Positions 1 through 9,648 of a stretch of DNA of 64,000 nucleotides are shown here, one piece after another. The translations under genes and the position numbers were made by a program. Each line of letters begins with the position of its first letter. Position 1 is the stretch's first letter. Source of the stretch: an uncultured archaeon (GTDB taxonomy: Archaea; Iainarchaeota; Iainarchaeia; Iainarchaeales; 1-14-0-10-31-34); NCBI GenBank assembly GCA_964608675.1, contig CAZSOZ010000001.1, positions 128,001-192,000 of the forward strand, in the 5' to 3' direction. The notes below the pieces were generated by a model. It searched no databases. It was not told the DNA's origin and worked only from the letters and a program-made list of their open reading frames with translations.

Positions 1-414
1 ATGCCCTGTGTTTTTTAACTGCTGAATTCTGTTTTTAATCTGCTTAACTGCATCAAAATCATTTGCAATAGCCCGCATAGTGCTTGGTTCCCTGCCAGTA
101 TAACTTTTAGGAGTCTCAGAATCCACCAAAGAACCAGGGCAATAAATGCATTTTCCAGGACACGGAAAAGGCTTAGGCATAATTGCAACAGAAACAATTC
201 CAGAAATTGAACGAGAAGGCTTAATTGAAAGCAATTCAATTAAATTTTTATTTTTCTTTTCAGCAAAAAACAAAATATCAGGATCAGAAGGAAAATGACT
301 TAATTTGTATTTTTTTGCAAGCTTTAATTTAAATGAATGCAGTTCCTCCTTTGAAGAAATCCTGCCAGACAAAATTAAACCAATAATTTCTTTTGAAAAC
401 TCTTTAACAGACAT
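1..414 (-). CDS. elp3: Elp3 radical SAM/acetyltransferase (tRNA U34 modification), N-terminal part; runs off window start
   Basis: Manual translation of - strand: MSVKEF...KPSRSISGIVSVAIMPKPFPCPGKCIYCPG...PKSYTGREPS; Elp3 radical-SAM signature. Confidence 0.93.
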   Translation of the reverse strand, partial: MSVKEFSKEIIGLILSGRISSKEELHSFKLKLAKKYKLSHFPSDPDILFFAEKKNKNLIELLSIKPSRSISGIVSVAIMPKPFPCPGKCIYCPGSLVDSETPKSYTGREPSTMRAIANDFDAVKQIKNRIQQLKNTGH

Positions 415-423
415 AAACTTTCT

Positions 424-1194
424 TTATAATTCATTCAAAAAGAATCCAATAAAAGACTCAATTAAATAAAAAGGAAACAAACTTGGAGTAAAAAAAGGGA
501 ATCCATACAAAGAAGCCGAATACTTGCTGGACAAAGAAGATTCAACAGAAAGAACAGAAAGAAATTCTTTTTTTTCGTCAGAAAAAAGAGATTCAAAAGA
601 AAACGTGAACTGCCTTTTGCCGTAATGCTTTGGATAAACAAAAACAGATTCCTTTAAAACAGATTTAGGTTCAACAATAAAAGTTTTTGATTCAAACCAA
701 TAAGAAGGAAGATTAGAAAAAACAAGAATTTTTTGCTGTCCAATTGATTCATTTGAAAAAACCAAAAAATATTCAGCGGGAAAATTAACCTGCGTTTGGT
801 TCTGTAAATTAGAAATATTAACAGACCACAAATCATTCTGCACGTTAACCAAAACATCAAAAGACTCTGCTTCCATTGAAACAGAATTAAAAGCAGAAAA
901 AGAAATCTTTTTTGTTCCAAAAGAAGCATTTTCAGGAACCGTTAAAACAACAGAAATGTTTTTTCCCTGAAAAACAGATTCTTCAGCCCAAGAACTGAAT
1001 TGTCCTTCAACAGAAACCGAATCAAATCTTTCATCAAAAACAATTAATTCAAAAGACTGCCCAGGAGAAATTCTGCCTAATTCAATTGAATTTCCAAGAT
1101 ATTCTGCTTCAACAGGAAAAACAACCTTTAAAGCAGAACCAAAAGAAAGAAACAAAACAAAAACAAAAAAAACCAAAAAAAACTTATTAAACAT
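424..1194 (-). CDS. Hypothetical exported/surface protein
   Basis: 256 aa with N-terminal signal peptide, beta-rich body and hydrophobic C-terminus. Confidence 0.7.
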   Translation of the reverse strand: MFNKFFLVFFVFVLFLSFGSALKVVFPVEAEYLGNSIELGRISPGQSFELIVFDERFDSVSVEGQFSSWAEESVFQGKNISVVLTVPENASFGTKKISFSAFNSVSMEAESFDVLVNVQNDLWSVNISNLQNQTQVNFPAEYFLVFSNESIGQQKILVFSNLPSYWFESKTFIVEPKSVLKESVFVYPKHYGKRQFTFSFESLFSDEKKEFLSVLSVESSLSSKYSASLYGFPFFTPSLFPFYLIESFIGFFLNEL

Positions 1195-1241
1195 AATTCC
1201 CCAATTAATACTTATTCTGAAAGAAATAAAAAGGTATATTT

Positions 1242-1883
1242 ATGAAAATACTTGCTTTAAGCGATATTCACGGAAACATAAACAACTTAAAAGAAATCTT
1301 AAAAAAAGCAGAAAAACAAGAAATTGAATTAATTTTAATTACAGGAGACCTAACTAATTTTGGAGGAGCAAAAGAAACAAAAAAAGCATTAAAAGAAATA
1401 CAAAAATTAAACAAAAAAATTTTTGCTTTGCCCGGCAACCTTGACAAAAAAGAAGTAAACGAATTCCTAAAAAAAGAAAGTGTTTCTTTGCACGCAAAAA
1501 AAGAAAGATTCAAAAAATTTGTTTTTATTGGATTCGGAGGCGCAGTGAATTCAATTGGAGAAACAGTTTTCACAGAAAAAAAAATAAAAGAAAAATTAAC
1601 TGAATTAATTAAAAACGAAAAAAAAGTTTTCTTGTTAACACATTCTCCTCCAAAAAATTCTTTGTTAGATAAAACAGACACAGGAAAAAACATTGGTTCA
1701 GAAGCAGTAAAAGAAATAATAAAAGAATTCAATCCGTTATTCAGTGTTTCAGGACACTGCCACGAAAGCTTTGGAAAAGAAACAATAAAAGAAACTTTTT
1801 GTGTTAACGCAGGAGCAGTAAAAGACGGAAGAACAACAATAATTGACACAGAAAAAAAAGAAACAAAAGTGCTGGAAATATGA
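1242..1883 (+). CDS. Calcineurin-like metallophosphoesterase (Icc-like)
   Basis: SDIHG, GDL, PGNLD, THSPP, GHCHE motifs. Confidence 0.9.
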   Translation: MKILALSDIHGNINNLKEILKKAEKQEIELILITGDLTNFGGAKETKKALKEIQKLNKKIFALPGNLDKKEVNEFLKKESVSLHAKKERFKKFVFIGFGGAVNSIGETVFTEKKIKEKLTELIKNEKKVFLLTHSPPKNSLLDKTDTGKNIGSEAVKEIIKEFNPLFSVSGHCHESFGKETIKETFCVNAGAVKDGRTTIIDTEKKETKVLEI

Positions 1884-2473
1884 ACAAAGCAGAAACAAGA
1901 TTTAAAATGGTAAAAGAAAGACACAAAAAAAGCTTTCTTAAAGCAGTCAAAGAAAAAAAAGCCGACAAACAAATGATTCCTTTATGCATGAACATTTCAA
2001 AAACAAAAAAATATTTTACTTCAAGCAGTTGTGCAGGAAGAATACTTTTGCTTGAAGTAAACAAACAAGGAAGCAAAAAAAAAGCAGCGTTTCATGCAAA
2101 ATGGCACAAAAAAATAAAACTAAAAGAATTAATAAAAGAAATAAAAAAAACACAAAAAGAAGAAGAATTATGGTTTAAACTGGATCCATTCATTCTTCAT
2201 ATAGGAACAAACTCTTTAGAAAACGCAAAAAAAATCCTTCAAATATGCAGAAAAACAGGTATAAGAAGAGCAGGAATAATGACAGCAGAAGAAGGAAAAT
2301 TCATAATAGAATTAATTGGAACACAATCAATGAGTTTTCCGGCAAAAATAAAAAACAAAATCCTGCTTGAAAAAGAATACTTTAAAATTACATTAAACAA
2401 AGCAAACAAAAAACTTGAAAAAAATTATGAACAACTCAAAAAACTGGAAAAAAACTTAAAAAAATTAAAGTGA
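1880..2473 (+). CDS. taw3: tRNA wyosine-pathway methyltransferase Tyw3/Taw3
   Basis: FTSSSCAGRI, KWH and PFILHI motifs. Confidence 0.9.
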   Translation: MNKAETRFKMVKERHKKSFLKAVKEKKADKQMIPLCMNISKTKKYFTSSSCAGRILLLEVNKQGSKKKAAFHAKWHKKIKLKELIKEIKKTQKEEELWFKLDPFILHIGTNSLENAKKILQICRKTGIRRAGIMTAEEGKFIIELIGTQSMSFPAKIKNKILLEKEYFKITLNKANKKLEKNYEQLKKLEKNLKKLK

Positions 2474-2477
2474 TTAA

Positions 2478-3002
2478 ATGAACAAAAGAATCTTTTTTTC
2501 ATTAAATTTTACTCCAGAAATAAAAAAAGAAATAACAAAAAAATACAAAAAAAAACTAAAAGAAACAAAAATAAAAGAAACAAAAGAAAAAAACATTCAT
2601 ATCACCCTCTTGTTTTTAGGTTATTTTGACAAAGAAAAAATAAAAGAAATAATTGAATTAATCAAAGAAATAAAAGCAAAAAAAATGAAAATCAGAATAA
2701 AAGGAATAGACAGCTTTAATTCAAGAATTATTTTTCTTAAAACAACCGAAGAAAAAAAAATAACAGAACTCCATAAAAAAATCTCAGAAAAACTGGGGAT
2801 AAAAGAAAAAAAATTCAAAGTGCATGCAACAATTGCAAGAAACAAAAAAATGAACAAACAAGAATTTGAAAAAACAATAAAAGAACTAAAAAAAATTGAA
2901 TTCAAAAAAGAAACAGAAATAAAAAGCTTTGAATTAATGGAATCAATTTTAACAGAAAACGGGCCTGAATACAAAAAAATTTTTTCTTTCAAATTATTAT
3001 AA
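2478..3002 (+). CDS. thpR: 2H phosphoesterase (RNA 2',3'-cyclic phosphodiesterase / 2'-5' ligase)
   Basis: Two HxT motifs (HITL, HATI); C-terminal S-x-L-x-x-x-GPEY. Confidence 0.9.
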   Translation: MNKRIFFSLNFTPEIKKEITKKYKKKLKETKIKETKEKNIHITLLFLGYFDKEKIKEIIELIKEIKAKKMKIRIKGIDSFNSRIIFLKTTEEKKITELHKKISEKLGIKEKKFKVHATIARNKKMNKQEFEKTIKELKKIEFKKETEIKSFELMESILTENGPEYKKIFSFKLL

Positions 3003-4616
3003 TTCCTCTGAAACCTGTTCTAATACTTCAGTAGGATTATAATAATATTTTTGAACTATTTCCTCAACAGTTTTATTTGAATGAATTCCACTTAAAGTCA
3101 TCCATTCAATAATTCTTTCCCTTATTTTAATTTCTTTCATTACATTCTTTTTTGTTTTAGCTGTAGCATCAGCAAGCTTTTCAATTATGTGTGAAGGAGT
3201 AGACGTTCTCTGAATTAAATCATCTTCCTTTTTCCAGATAAACAAATCTCCAAGCAAAGTCTGGTCATCCATTCTGCTTACTTCACTTAATTGAACAACC
3301 CTTCGAATTATTCCTTTTCCAGGAGCGTGCATTCTGTACTGAACCAAAATTAAGTCAAGCAAAGGAAGCATTATGTCAGGAACATTCATAGGAGAACTCT
3401 TTAATCTTGTAAGCAATTCTTTTCCGCTGTTAGAATGAACTGTTCCCATGCAACCTGAATGACCAGTGTCCATTGCAGTAAACAAAGTTTGAGCTTCAGG
3501 ACCCCTGACTTCCCCCAAAATAAGCCTGTCAGGACGCATTCTCAAAGCATTCTTTAAAAGGTCATCCATAGAAAGTTCGGGCACGCCGGAAATAGGAGGC
3601 CTGGCTTCCATTTGAATCCAGTTTTTTCTGCCTCCTAAATGAATTTCAGGAGTATCCTCAATAGTAATAATTCTGTCTTCTTTTCTGACAAAAACAGACA
3701 AAGCACTCAAAGTAGAAGTTTTTCCTGTCCCGCTTCCCCCTGTAACAATTAAATTCATGGGTTCAATTCCAAAGCCTTCCACCATAGTCCACAAAAAAGC
3801 AGCTAAATCAGAAGTCATTGTACCATTATTAATTAAATTAATTATACTCAAAGGAGTTCTTGAAAATTTTCTTACAGTAAGGCTTGGACCAAAAGGAGTA
3901 GCATAAGGAGAAGTAGCATTAGCCCTGGAGCCGTCAGGAAGCCTTGCATCCAATAAAGGAAGAGAGTCATTCAATTCCCTGTTAACAGTCCTTGCAATCC
4001 TGTATAAAAGTTTTGGAAGAAAACCATCTTTTTTAATCATAATATTTGTTTCACACATTGCATATTTTCTGTGAAAAACAAAAACAGGGCGTTCATAGCC
4101 GTTAACCATAATTTCTTCAAGCCAGTCATCCTTAATCAAAGGAGAAATAAAACCATAACCAATAGTTTTATTCAAAACATAATGAGTTAATTCTTCAGGA
4201 TGAACAATAAACTCCAAATGCTTTTTAGTTAAAGCCAAAAAAGATTTTTGAATTAATTCAAAATCCTTTGAATCAGGAAGAGAATGAAGCAAATTAAGTT
4301 TTTCAATTTCATGAATTACCTCAGAATTCAATTCATTCAAAAAAGCTTTAGGCAAACCAAGCTTAGAAGAAAGCTCCGGCATTGAAGCCTTCCTTAAAAT
4401 AACGTTCTGAAGAACACTTCCAAACAACTTTTCTTTATCAGACAAAACCGGCTTTTTAATAAAATAATAATAATTAGGGTAATCCTCAAAAATTTCAACT
4501 GAATTATATTCTTCAACAAGATTCAAATCCTTTTTCCTGACTGTAAGATGCTCTTCTTCCTCTTTCTTTAATTCTTTTTTTGATTCAGTTAAATCTAATT
4601 CCTCAATTTTGCCCAT
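2997..4616 (-). CDS. Type II/IV secretion (pilus assembly) ATPase, TadA/FlaI-like
   Basis: LEEIMVNG, DARLPDGSR, GGSGTGKT, LRMRPDRLILGEVRG, GH...TVH. Confidence 0.93.
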   Translation of the reverse strand: MGKIEELDLTESKKELKKEEEEHLTVRKKDLNLVEEYNSVEIFEDYPNYYYFIKKPVLSDKEKLFGSVLQNVILRKASMPELSSKLGLPKAFLNELNSEVIHEIEKLNLLHSLPDSKDFELIQKSFLALTKKHLEFIVHPEELTHYVLNKTIGYGFISPLIKDDWLEEIMVNGYERPVFVFHRKYAMCETNIMIKKDGFLPKLLYRIARTVNRELNDSLPLLDARLPDGSRANATSPYATPFGPSLTVRKFSRTPLSIINLINNGTMTSDLAAFLWTMVEGFGIEPMNLIVTGGSGTGKTSTLSALSVFVRKEDRIITIEDTPEIHLGGRKNWIQMEARPPISGVPELSMDDLLKNALRMRPDRLILGEVRGPEAQTLFTAMDTGHSGCMGTVHSNSGKELLTRLKSSPMNVPDIMLPLLDLILVQYRMHAPGKGIIRRVVQLSEVSRMDDQTLLGDLFIWKKEDDLIQRTSTPSHIIEKLADATAKTKKNVMKEIKIRERIIEWMTLSGIHSNKTVEEIVQKYYYNPTEVLEQVSEEL

Positions 4617-4675
4617 AAAAACCCCAAATAATAGCAACTATATTAAATAAATAAACATAATATTTAATGGTTTGC

Positions 4676-6043
4676 ATGGAAAAGAAAAACAAAAAAATAC
4701 AGAAAATAAAAAAAAAAGTTTTGAAAGAAATTACTCCTGAAAAAGAAGAAATAGAAAAAGAAAAAAAAACCGCAAAAAAAATAATACAAAAAATAAACAA
4801 ATACAAAGGAAAACACATACAGGCAATTTTAGCTGGCTCGCTTTCAAGAAATACTCACTTAAAAGGAGACAAAGACATAGATATATTTATTTTATTCGAC
4901 AAAAAAATAGACAGAAAAGAATTTATCAAAGAAGGGCTAAAAATTGCAAAAAAGATTTCAGGAAAAAACTGGGAAATAGATTATGGAGAACACCCCTATG
5001 TTAAAACAGAAATAGAAGGAAACAAAATAGAATTAATTCCTTCATACAAAATTGAATCAACAAAAGAAATGCTTTCATCAGTTGACAGAACTCCCTTTCA
5101 CACAAACTTTGTGCAAGAAAAAATAAAAGAAAAACAAAGAAATGAAGTGCGTTTATTAAAAAAATTTCTGAAAGGAATTAACTGTTACGGAGCAGAACTA
5201 AAAACACAAGGGTTTTCAGGATATTTAACAGAATTATTGATTTTAAAATACCAGACATTTGAAAACACATTAAAAAAAGCAAGCAATTGGAGAGAGAAAA
5301 AAGTTTTAAGTTTAACACAAAAATTCACAAAAAAAGAAGAAGAAAAACTTAAAAAAAAATTCAACGAACCATTAATTTTTTTGGATCCAACAGATGACAG
5401 AAGGAATACTGCAGCAGCAGTATCAAAAGAAACATTTGAAAAATTCAAAAAAAAAGCAAAACAATTTGAAAAAAAACCTTCAATTCGATTCTTTTTTCCA
5501 AAACCAATTAAAATTATTTCAAAAACAGAATTCAAAAAAAAAATTAGAAAAAGAAATATTATTCTAATAGAAACACCTTATGAAAAAATCCACGAAGATG
5601 TTACTTTTGGGCAGTTGAGGAATTTTTTGAAAAAATTGAAAAAAGAACTGAAAAAAAATGATTTCACTTTTTTGAAAGGAAAATTTTGGTCAGATGAAAA
5701 AAAAAGAATGATTATGCTAATTGAAGTAAAAGAAAAAAAACTTGAAAAAGAAAAACTGGTTAAAGGGCCTCCTGCAAAAATGAAAGAGCACGTAAAAAAA
5801 TTCAAGGAAAAACATGGAAGGAAAGCAAAAAAGATTGGAAGGCATTATCATGCAAAAATTAAACGGCCTCACAGAAAAGCAGAAACCGTTGTAAAAGAAT
5901 TCATTAAAAAACAGATTAAAGTTAACTCAAATAAGTTTTTAGTTAAGCAAATGAAAAAAAAACATTCAGTTTATCAGGGAAAAAACTTAGAAAAACTGTA
6001 CAAAGGAAACGTAAAAGAATTTTTATCAAAATATTTGAACTGA
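4676..6043 (+). CDS. cca: Class I CCA-adding enzyme
   Basis: GSLSRNTHLKGDKDIDIF, EHPY, VDRTPFH, GFSGYLTEL, DPTD. Confidence 0.95.
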   Translation: MEKKNKKIQKIKKKVLKEITPEKEEIEKEKKTAKKIIQKINKYKGKHIQAILAGSLSRNTHLKGDKDIDIFILFDKKIDRKEFIKEGLKIAKKISGKNWEIDYGEHPYVKTEIEGNKIELIPSYKIESTKEMLSSVDRTPFHTNFVQEKIKEKQRNEVRLLKKFLKGINCYGAELKTQGFSGYLTELLILKYQTFENTLKKASNWREKKVLSLTQKFTKKEEEKLKKKFNEPLIFLDPTDDRRNTAAAVSKETFEKFKKKAKQFEKKPSIRFFFPKPIKIISKTEFKKKIRKRNIILIETPYEKIHEDVTFGQLRNFLKKLKKELKKNDFTFLKGKFWSDEKKRMIMLIEVKEKKLEKEKLVKGPPAKMKEHVKKFKEKHGRKAKKIGRHYHAKIKRPHRKAETVVKEFIKKQIKVNSNKFLVKQMKKKHSVYQGKNLEKLYKGNVKEFLSKYLN

Positions 6044-6051
6044 AACCTGCA

Positions 6052-6126
6052 ACGAGCTCGGAGGGATTCGAACCCCCAACCTGTCCGTCCGAAGCGGACT
6101 GCGCTATCCGGTTGCGCCACGAGCCC
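6052..6126 (-). tRNA. tRNA-Arg(TCG)
   Basis: Reverse complement folds as cloverleaf: GGGCTCG acceptor, GTCCG-CTTCGGA-CGGAC anticodon arm, GTTCGAATC T-loop. Confidence 0.95.
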
Positions 6127-6214
6127 AAGGTTTTAAAAGAATACTACATAAATAATATAATAGCTGATTATATAAATTTAAAGTAAAAAAAAAAGAATTA
6201 TAGAGGTATTAAAG

Positions 6215-6370
6215 ATGAAAGTATGCAGTTCATGCAACAAAGAAGTAAACTTTGATTTCACTGAATTTCCATGCCCAAAATGCGGAAAAACAAAAATAAT
6301 TAGATGCGATCACTGCAAAACAACAACAAAAGAATACAAATGCAGTGAATGCAGTTTTATCGGACCATAG
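6215..6370 (+). CDS. Small zinc-ribbon protein (DUF1610/HVO_2753-like), not in ORF track
   Basis: MKVCSSC...FPCPKCG...IRCDHC...YKCSECSFIGP; typical position upstream of EF-1beta. Confidence 0.88.
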   Translation: MKVCSSCNKEVNFDFTEFPCPKCGKTKIIRCDHCKTTTKEYKCSECSFIGP

Positions 6371-6380
6371 GTGAAAAAAA

Positions 6381-6650
6381 ATGGGAAAAATGATTTTAAT
6401 TTATAAAATATCTCCTGAAGGACCTGAAGAAACAGACAGCGTAGAAAAAGAAATAGAAGAAAAAATAAAAGGATTAGGAGAATTAAAAGATAAAAAAAGA
6501 AAGCCGATAGCATTCGGATTAGAAGCAATAGAAATAGCAATAGTAACAGAAGCAAAAGGCACAGAAGGCATAACAGAAGAAATAGAAAACAAATTAAAAG
6601 AAATCAAAGGCGTAAGTTCAGTTGAAAACATTGGAATGAACCTTCTCTAA
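6381..6650 (+). CDS. ef1b: Translation elongation factor EF-1beta
   Basis: KISPEG, PIAFGL motifs; 89 aa. Confidence 0.92.
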   Translation: MGKMILIYKISPEGPEETDSVEKEIEEKIKGLGELKDKKRKPIAFGLEAIEIAIVTEAKGTEGITEEIENKLKEIKGVSSVENIGMNLL

Positions 6651-6748
6651 TTTTCAATATAAAAAAATAAAACAATATCTTATACATAATTATTTTTGGG
6701 CTGATTCTTTTTTTAAAAAGCTCTGGGCATAATTTGATTTGAACAAAA

Positions 6749-9136
6749 ATGATTAAAAAAATCAGGCTAAAAAACTGGAAAAGCCACAAAAACACAGAAT
6801 TTGAATTCAGAAAAGGAACAAATGTTTTAACTGGAATAATAGGCGCAGGAAAAAGCTCAGTAGTAGAAGCATTATGCTATTCGTTATTTGGAACATATCC
6901 TGCCTTAAATTCCAAATCAGTCAGCTTAAACGAAATAATAATGAACAAGCCAAACCAAATGGACTACGCAAAAACCGAATTAGAATTTGATTACAAAGGA
7001 AAAAACTATTTAATTGAAAGAACTGTTTTTCTGGGAAAAAACTCGAATCAAGCAAAATTATTCAGAGAAGGAACACTTATTGCAGGACCAAAACCAAAAG
7101 ACGTAAACGAAAAAATACAGGAAACCATAGAAATGAATTATGATTTATTTTCAAGAGCCGTTTATTCAGAGCAAAACCAAATTGATTTCTTTCTTAAATT
7201 AAGTCCATCAGAAAGAAAAAAAAAGTTTGATGAAATACTGGATTTAGAAAAATACGAAAAAGCAAGAAAAACAAATATTTCAGTAATGAATACCATAAAA
7301 AGAGCAGTCCAAGAAAAAAAAGAAACAATAAAAAGGAATTCTGAATCAATAAACGAAACAGAATTAAAACAATTAAAAAATAAAAAAGAAAAAAAAGAAA
7401 AAGAGAACCAAGAATTAAAAGAAAAAAAAGAAACAACGAAAAAAGAACTGGAAGAAAACATTGAAGAACTTGAAAAACTTTCAGAAAAAGAAAAAAAATT
7501 CACGAAATTAAACGAACAAAAAATTAAAACAGAATCAAAAATCTTTGAAGCAGAAAAAAAACTAAAAGAAGAAAAAATTGAATTAAAAGAAGGAGAAAAA
7601 GAAAAAAAAGAATTCGAATTAACCGAATTAAAAAAAGAAAAAAAGGAAATGGAAGAAAAAAGAAAAAAAGTTTCTGAAATACAGGTCAAATTAAACACAA
7701 AAAAAGAAAGAAAAAAACTTTTAGAAAAAGAAGCAGAAAAACAAAAAAAAATGTTTCCGGAAGGAATTGAAACAAAAGAAAAAATAAAAACAGAAAAAGA
7801 AAAAAAAGAATTCGAATTAAAAGAAACCACAGAAAAAATAAAAGAAACAGAAAATTTAATTGAAAAAACAGAAAAAAATTTTATGGAAATCAAAGAAGGG
7901 CTTCTGTTTAACAAAAAAAGAATCAAAGAACTTGAAGAAAACATAAAAAAATTAAGCAGAATTGAATCAGGATGCCCTGTCTGCTCAACAAAATTAAGCA
8001 AAGAAAAAAAAATAGAAATAATTAATTCCTGCGAAAAAGAAACAGAAAAACTTGAAATAATCAACAAAGGACTGGAACAAGAAACAAAAAAAAGCAATGA
8101 AGACAAAAACGAATTAAAAAAAGAAAAAAAAGAATTCGAATTAAAAGAAAAAAAAATTGAAGAAAAAATCAAAGAAATTGAAAGCCTGTCAGAAATTCTG
8201 AACGAATTAAACAAAAACCTTGAAAAAATAAATGAATTAAAAGAAGAAACAGAAAAACTTGAAAAAACAGCAGAAGAAAAAGAAACAGAGATAAGCCCTG
8301 AAAAAACAGAAAAAATTGAAACAAAAATAAAAAAAACAGAAAAAATAATTGAACTATTGAAAAACGCAGAAGAATTAAATGAATGGAAAAAAGAACTAAA
8401 AAAAATAATTCAAGAAAAAAACGAACTTAACTATAAAGAAAATTCTTTCAGCGAAAAAAAAGAAGAAACAACAAAACAAAAATCCTTAATTGAATCAATA
8501 CAGAAACAGACAGAAATGAATTCAGAGTTAATTGAAAGCATTAAAGAAAACATTCAAAAAATAGAAAAAGAAAAAAAAAGAATAAAAGAAGCAGAAAAAG
8601 AAGTTGAAAAAAACGAAGAAATGCTTACAAAACTTGCTTTGTTCAGCAATGCATTAAATGAAACCCAGTCAGAATTAAGAAAAGAAATGATTAACACTAT
8701 AAATGATGCAATGGCAGATGTCTGGAGCAGAATTTATCCTTACGGAGACTTTACTTCAGCCAAAATGATAATAGAAAAAGGAAATTATGAAATAAAAGTA
8801 AAAGAAAAAAACGGGAAATGGACAAGAGTTGAAGGAATTCTCTCAGGAGGAGAAAGAAGCGCGGCAGCAATCTGCATAAGAGTTGCATTTTCTCTTGTGT
8901 TAACTCAAAATTTAAGCTGGCTAATCTTAGATGAACCAACACACAATTTGGACAAAAACGCAGTAAAAGAATTAAGTGCAATGATGAAAAATCATTTGCC
9001 GAATTTAGTTGAACAAATTTTTGTTATAACTCACGACCCTGAAATGGAAAAAGCAGCCTCAGGAGAATGCTATGAAATAGAAAGAAACAAAGAAAACGAA
9101 GGAAGCTCTATTCCAAAGACAACAGAAACAAACTAA
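6749..9136 (+). CDS. rad50: Rad50 (SMC-family ATPase)
   Basis: Walker A GAGKSS, Q-loop, coiled coil with CPVC zinc hook, LSGGE, LDEPT, ITH. Confidence 0.92.
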   Translation: MIKKIRLKNWKSHKNTEFEFRKGTNVLTGIIGAGKSSVVEALCYSLFGTYPALNSKSVSLNEIIMNKPNQMDYAKTELEFDYKGKNYLIERTVFLGKNSNQAKLFREGTLIAGPKPKDVNEKIQETIEMNYDLFSRAVYSEQNQIDFFLKLSPSERKKKFDEILDLEKYEKARKTNISVMNTIKRAVQEKKETIKRNSESINETELKQLKNKKEKKEKENQELKEKKETTKKELEENIEELEKLSEKEKKFTKLNEQKIKTESKIFEAEKKLKEEKIELKEGEKEKKEFELTELKKEKKEMEEKRKKVSEIQVKLNTKKERKKLLEKEAEKQKKMFPEGIETKEKIKTEKEKKEFELKETTEKIKETENLIEKTEKNFMEIKEGLLFNKKRIKELEENIKKLSRIESGCPVCSTKLSKEKKIEIINSCEKETEKLEIINKGLEQETKKSNEDKNELKKEKKEFELKEKKIEEKIKEIESLSEILNELNKNLEKINELKEETEKLEKTAEEKETEISPEKTEKIETKIKKTEKIIELLKNAEELNEWKKELKKIIQEKNELNYKENSFSEKKEETTKQKSLIESIQKQTEMNSELIESIKENIQKIEKEKKRIKEAEKEVEKNEEMLTKLALFSNALNETQSELRKEMINTINDAMADVWSRIYPYGDFTSAKMIIEKGNYEIKVKEKNGKWTRVEGILSGGERSAAAICIRVAFSLVLTQNLSWLILDEPTHNLDKNAVKELSAMMKNHLPNLVEQIFVITHDPEMEKAASGECYEIERNKENEGSSIPKTTETN

Positions 9137-9139
9137 ATC

Positions 9140-9325
9140 TTATTCCTTTGAAGACATTCTTCTGGCAATATAGCCTGCAACAAGATTTCTTATTTTTTTT
9201 GATAAACCAAGATTCATTGAATTAATGATTTCCTTGTTTTTATCAAAATCCTTTGAAAAAGGCTTGTCTTCTTTTATTAAAATTTCTGCTTTTGATTTAA
9301 CGCCTTTCGGCACAGATTTACCCAT
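9140..9325 (-). CDS. rps17e: Ribosomal protein S17e
   Basis: FSKDFDKNK...SKKIRNLVAGYI. Confidence 0.93.
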   Translation of the reverse strand: MGKSVPKGVKSKAEILIKEDKPFSKDFDKNKEIINSMNLGLSKKIRNLVAGYIARRMSSKE

Positions 9326-9340
9326 TAAATCACCTAAACA

Positions 9341-9547
9341 TTAAGGATTAACCCTTGTTATTTCTCCTGAAGGAGATTTTCTTAAAACAGCCAGCGGAAT
9401 CTTTTTTTCAACAAGCTCTTTTTTTGCTACATCAAGCATAGACTGCCCTTTCTCTGTTTTAACCAAAGGAGGCGCCCCCAAAGATAGCTGAAAAGATCTT
9501 GCGCTAACCAATCTTGTTATTTCAAATCTAGTTAAAATGTTGTCCAT
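9341..9547 (-). CDS. rpoK: RNA polymerase subunit K (Rpo6)
   Basis: LTRFEITRLVSARSFQLSLGAP. Confidence 0.93.
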   Translation of the reverse strand: MDNILTRFEITRLVSARSFQLSLGAPPLVKTEKGQSMLDVAKKELVEKKIPLAVLRKSPSGEITRVNP

Positions 9548-9648
9548 AAAAATCACCACTCAAAAAAAAAATAAATTAAATCATAAAATAAGCGGATTAA
9601 TACATAATAACGTGCGTGAAAAGACTTAAAAAAGCAACCGTTAAGCAT

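Noticed and set aside
1242-1883. Metallophosphoesterase as Mre11
   Set aside because: At 213 aa it is too short, lacks the capping domain and has Icc-like motifs.
7595-8150. Three copies of AAAAGAATTCGAATTAA in rad50
   Set aside because: They encode KKEFEL coiled-coil repeats at irregular spacing; an internal duplication, not an array.
7162-8214. Long F/S-rich antisense ORFs (also 29968-31161, 1268-1972 and many others)
   Set aside because: These are shadows of K/E-rich sense genes; GAA/AAA codons give stop-poor reverse frames.
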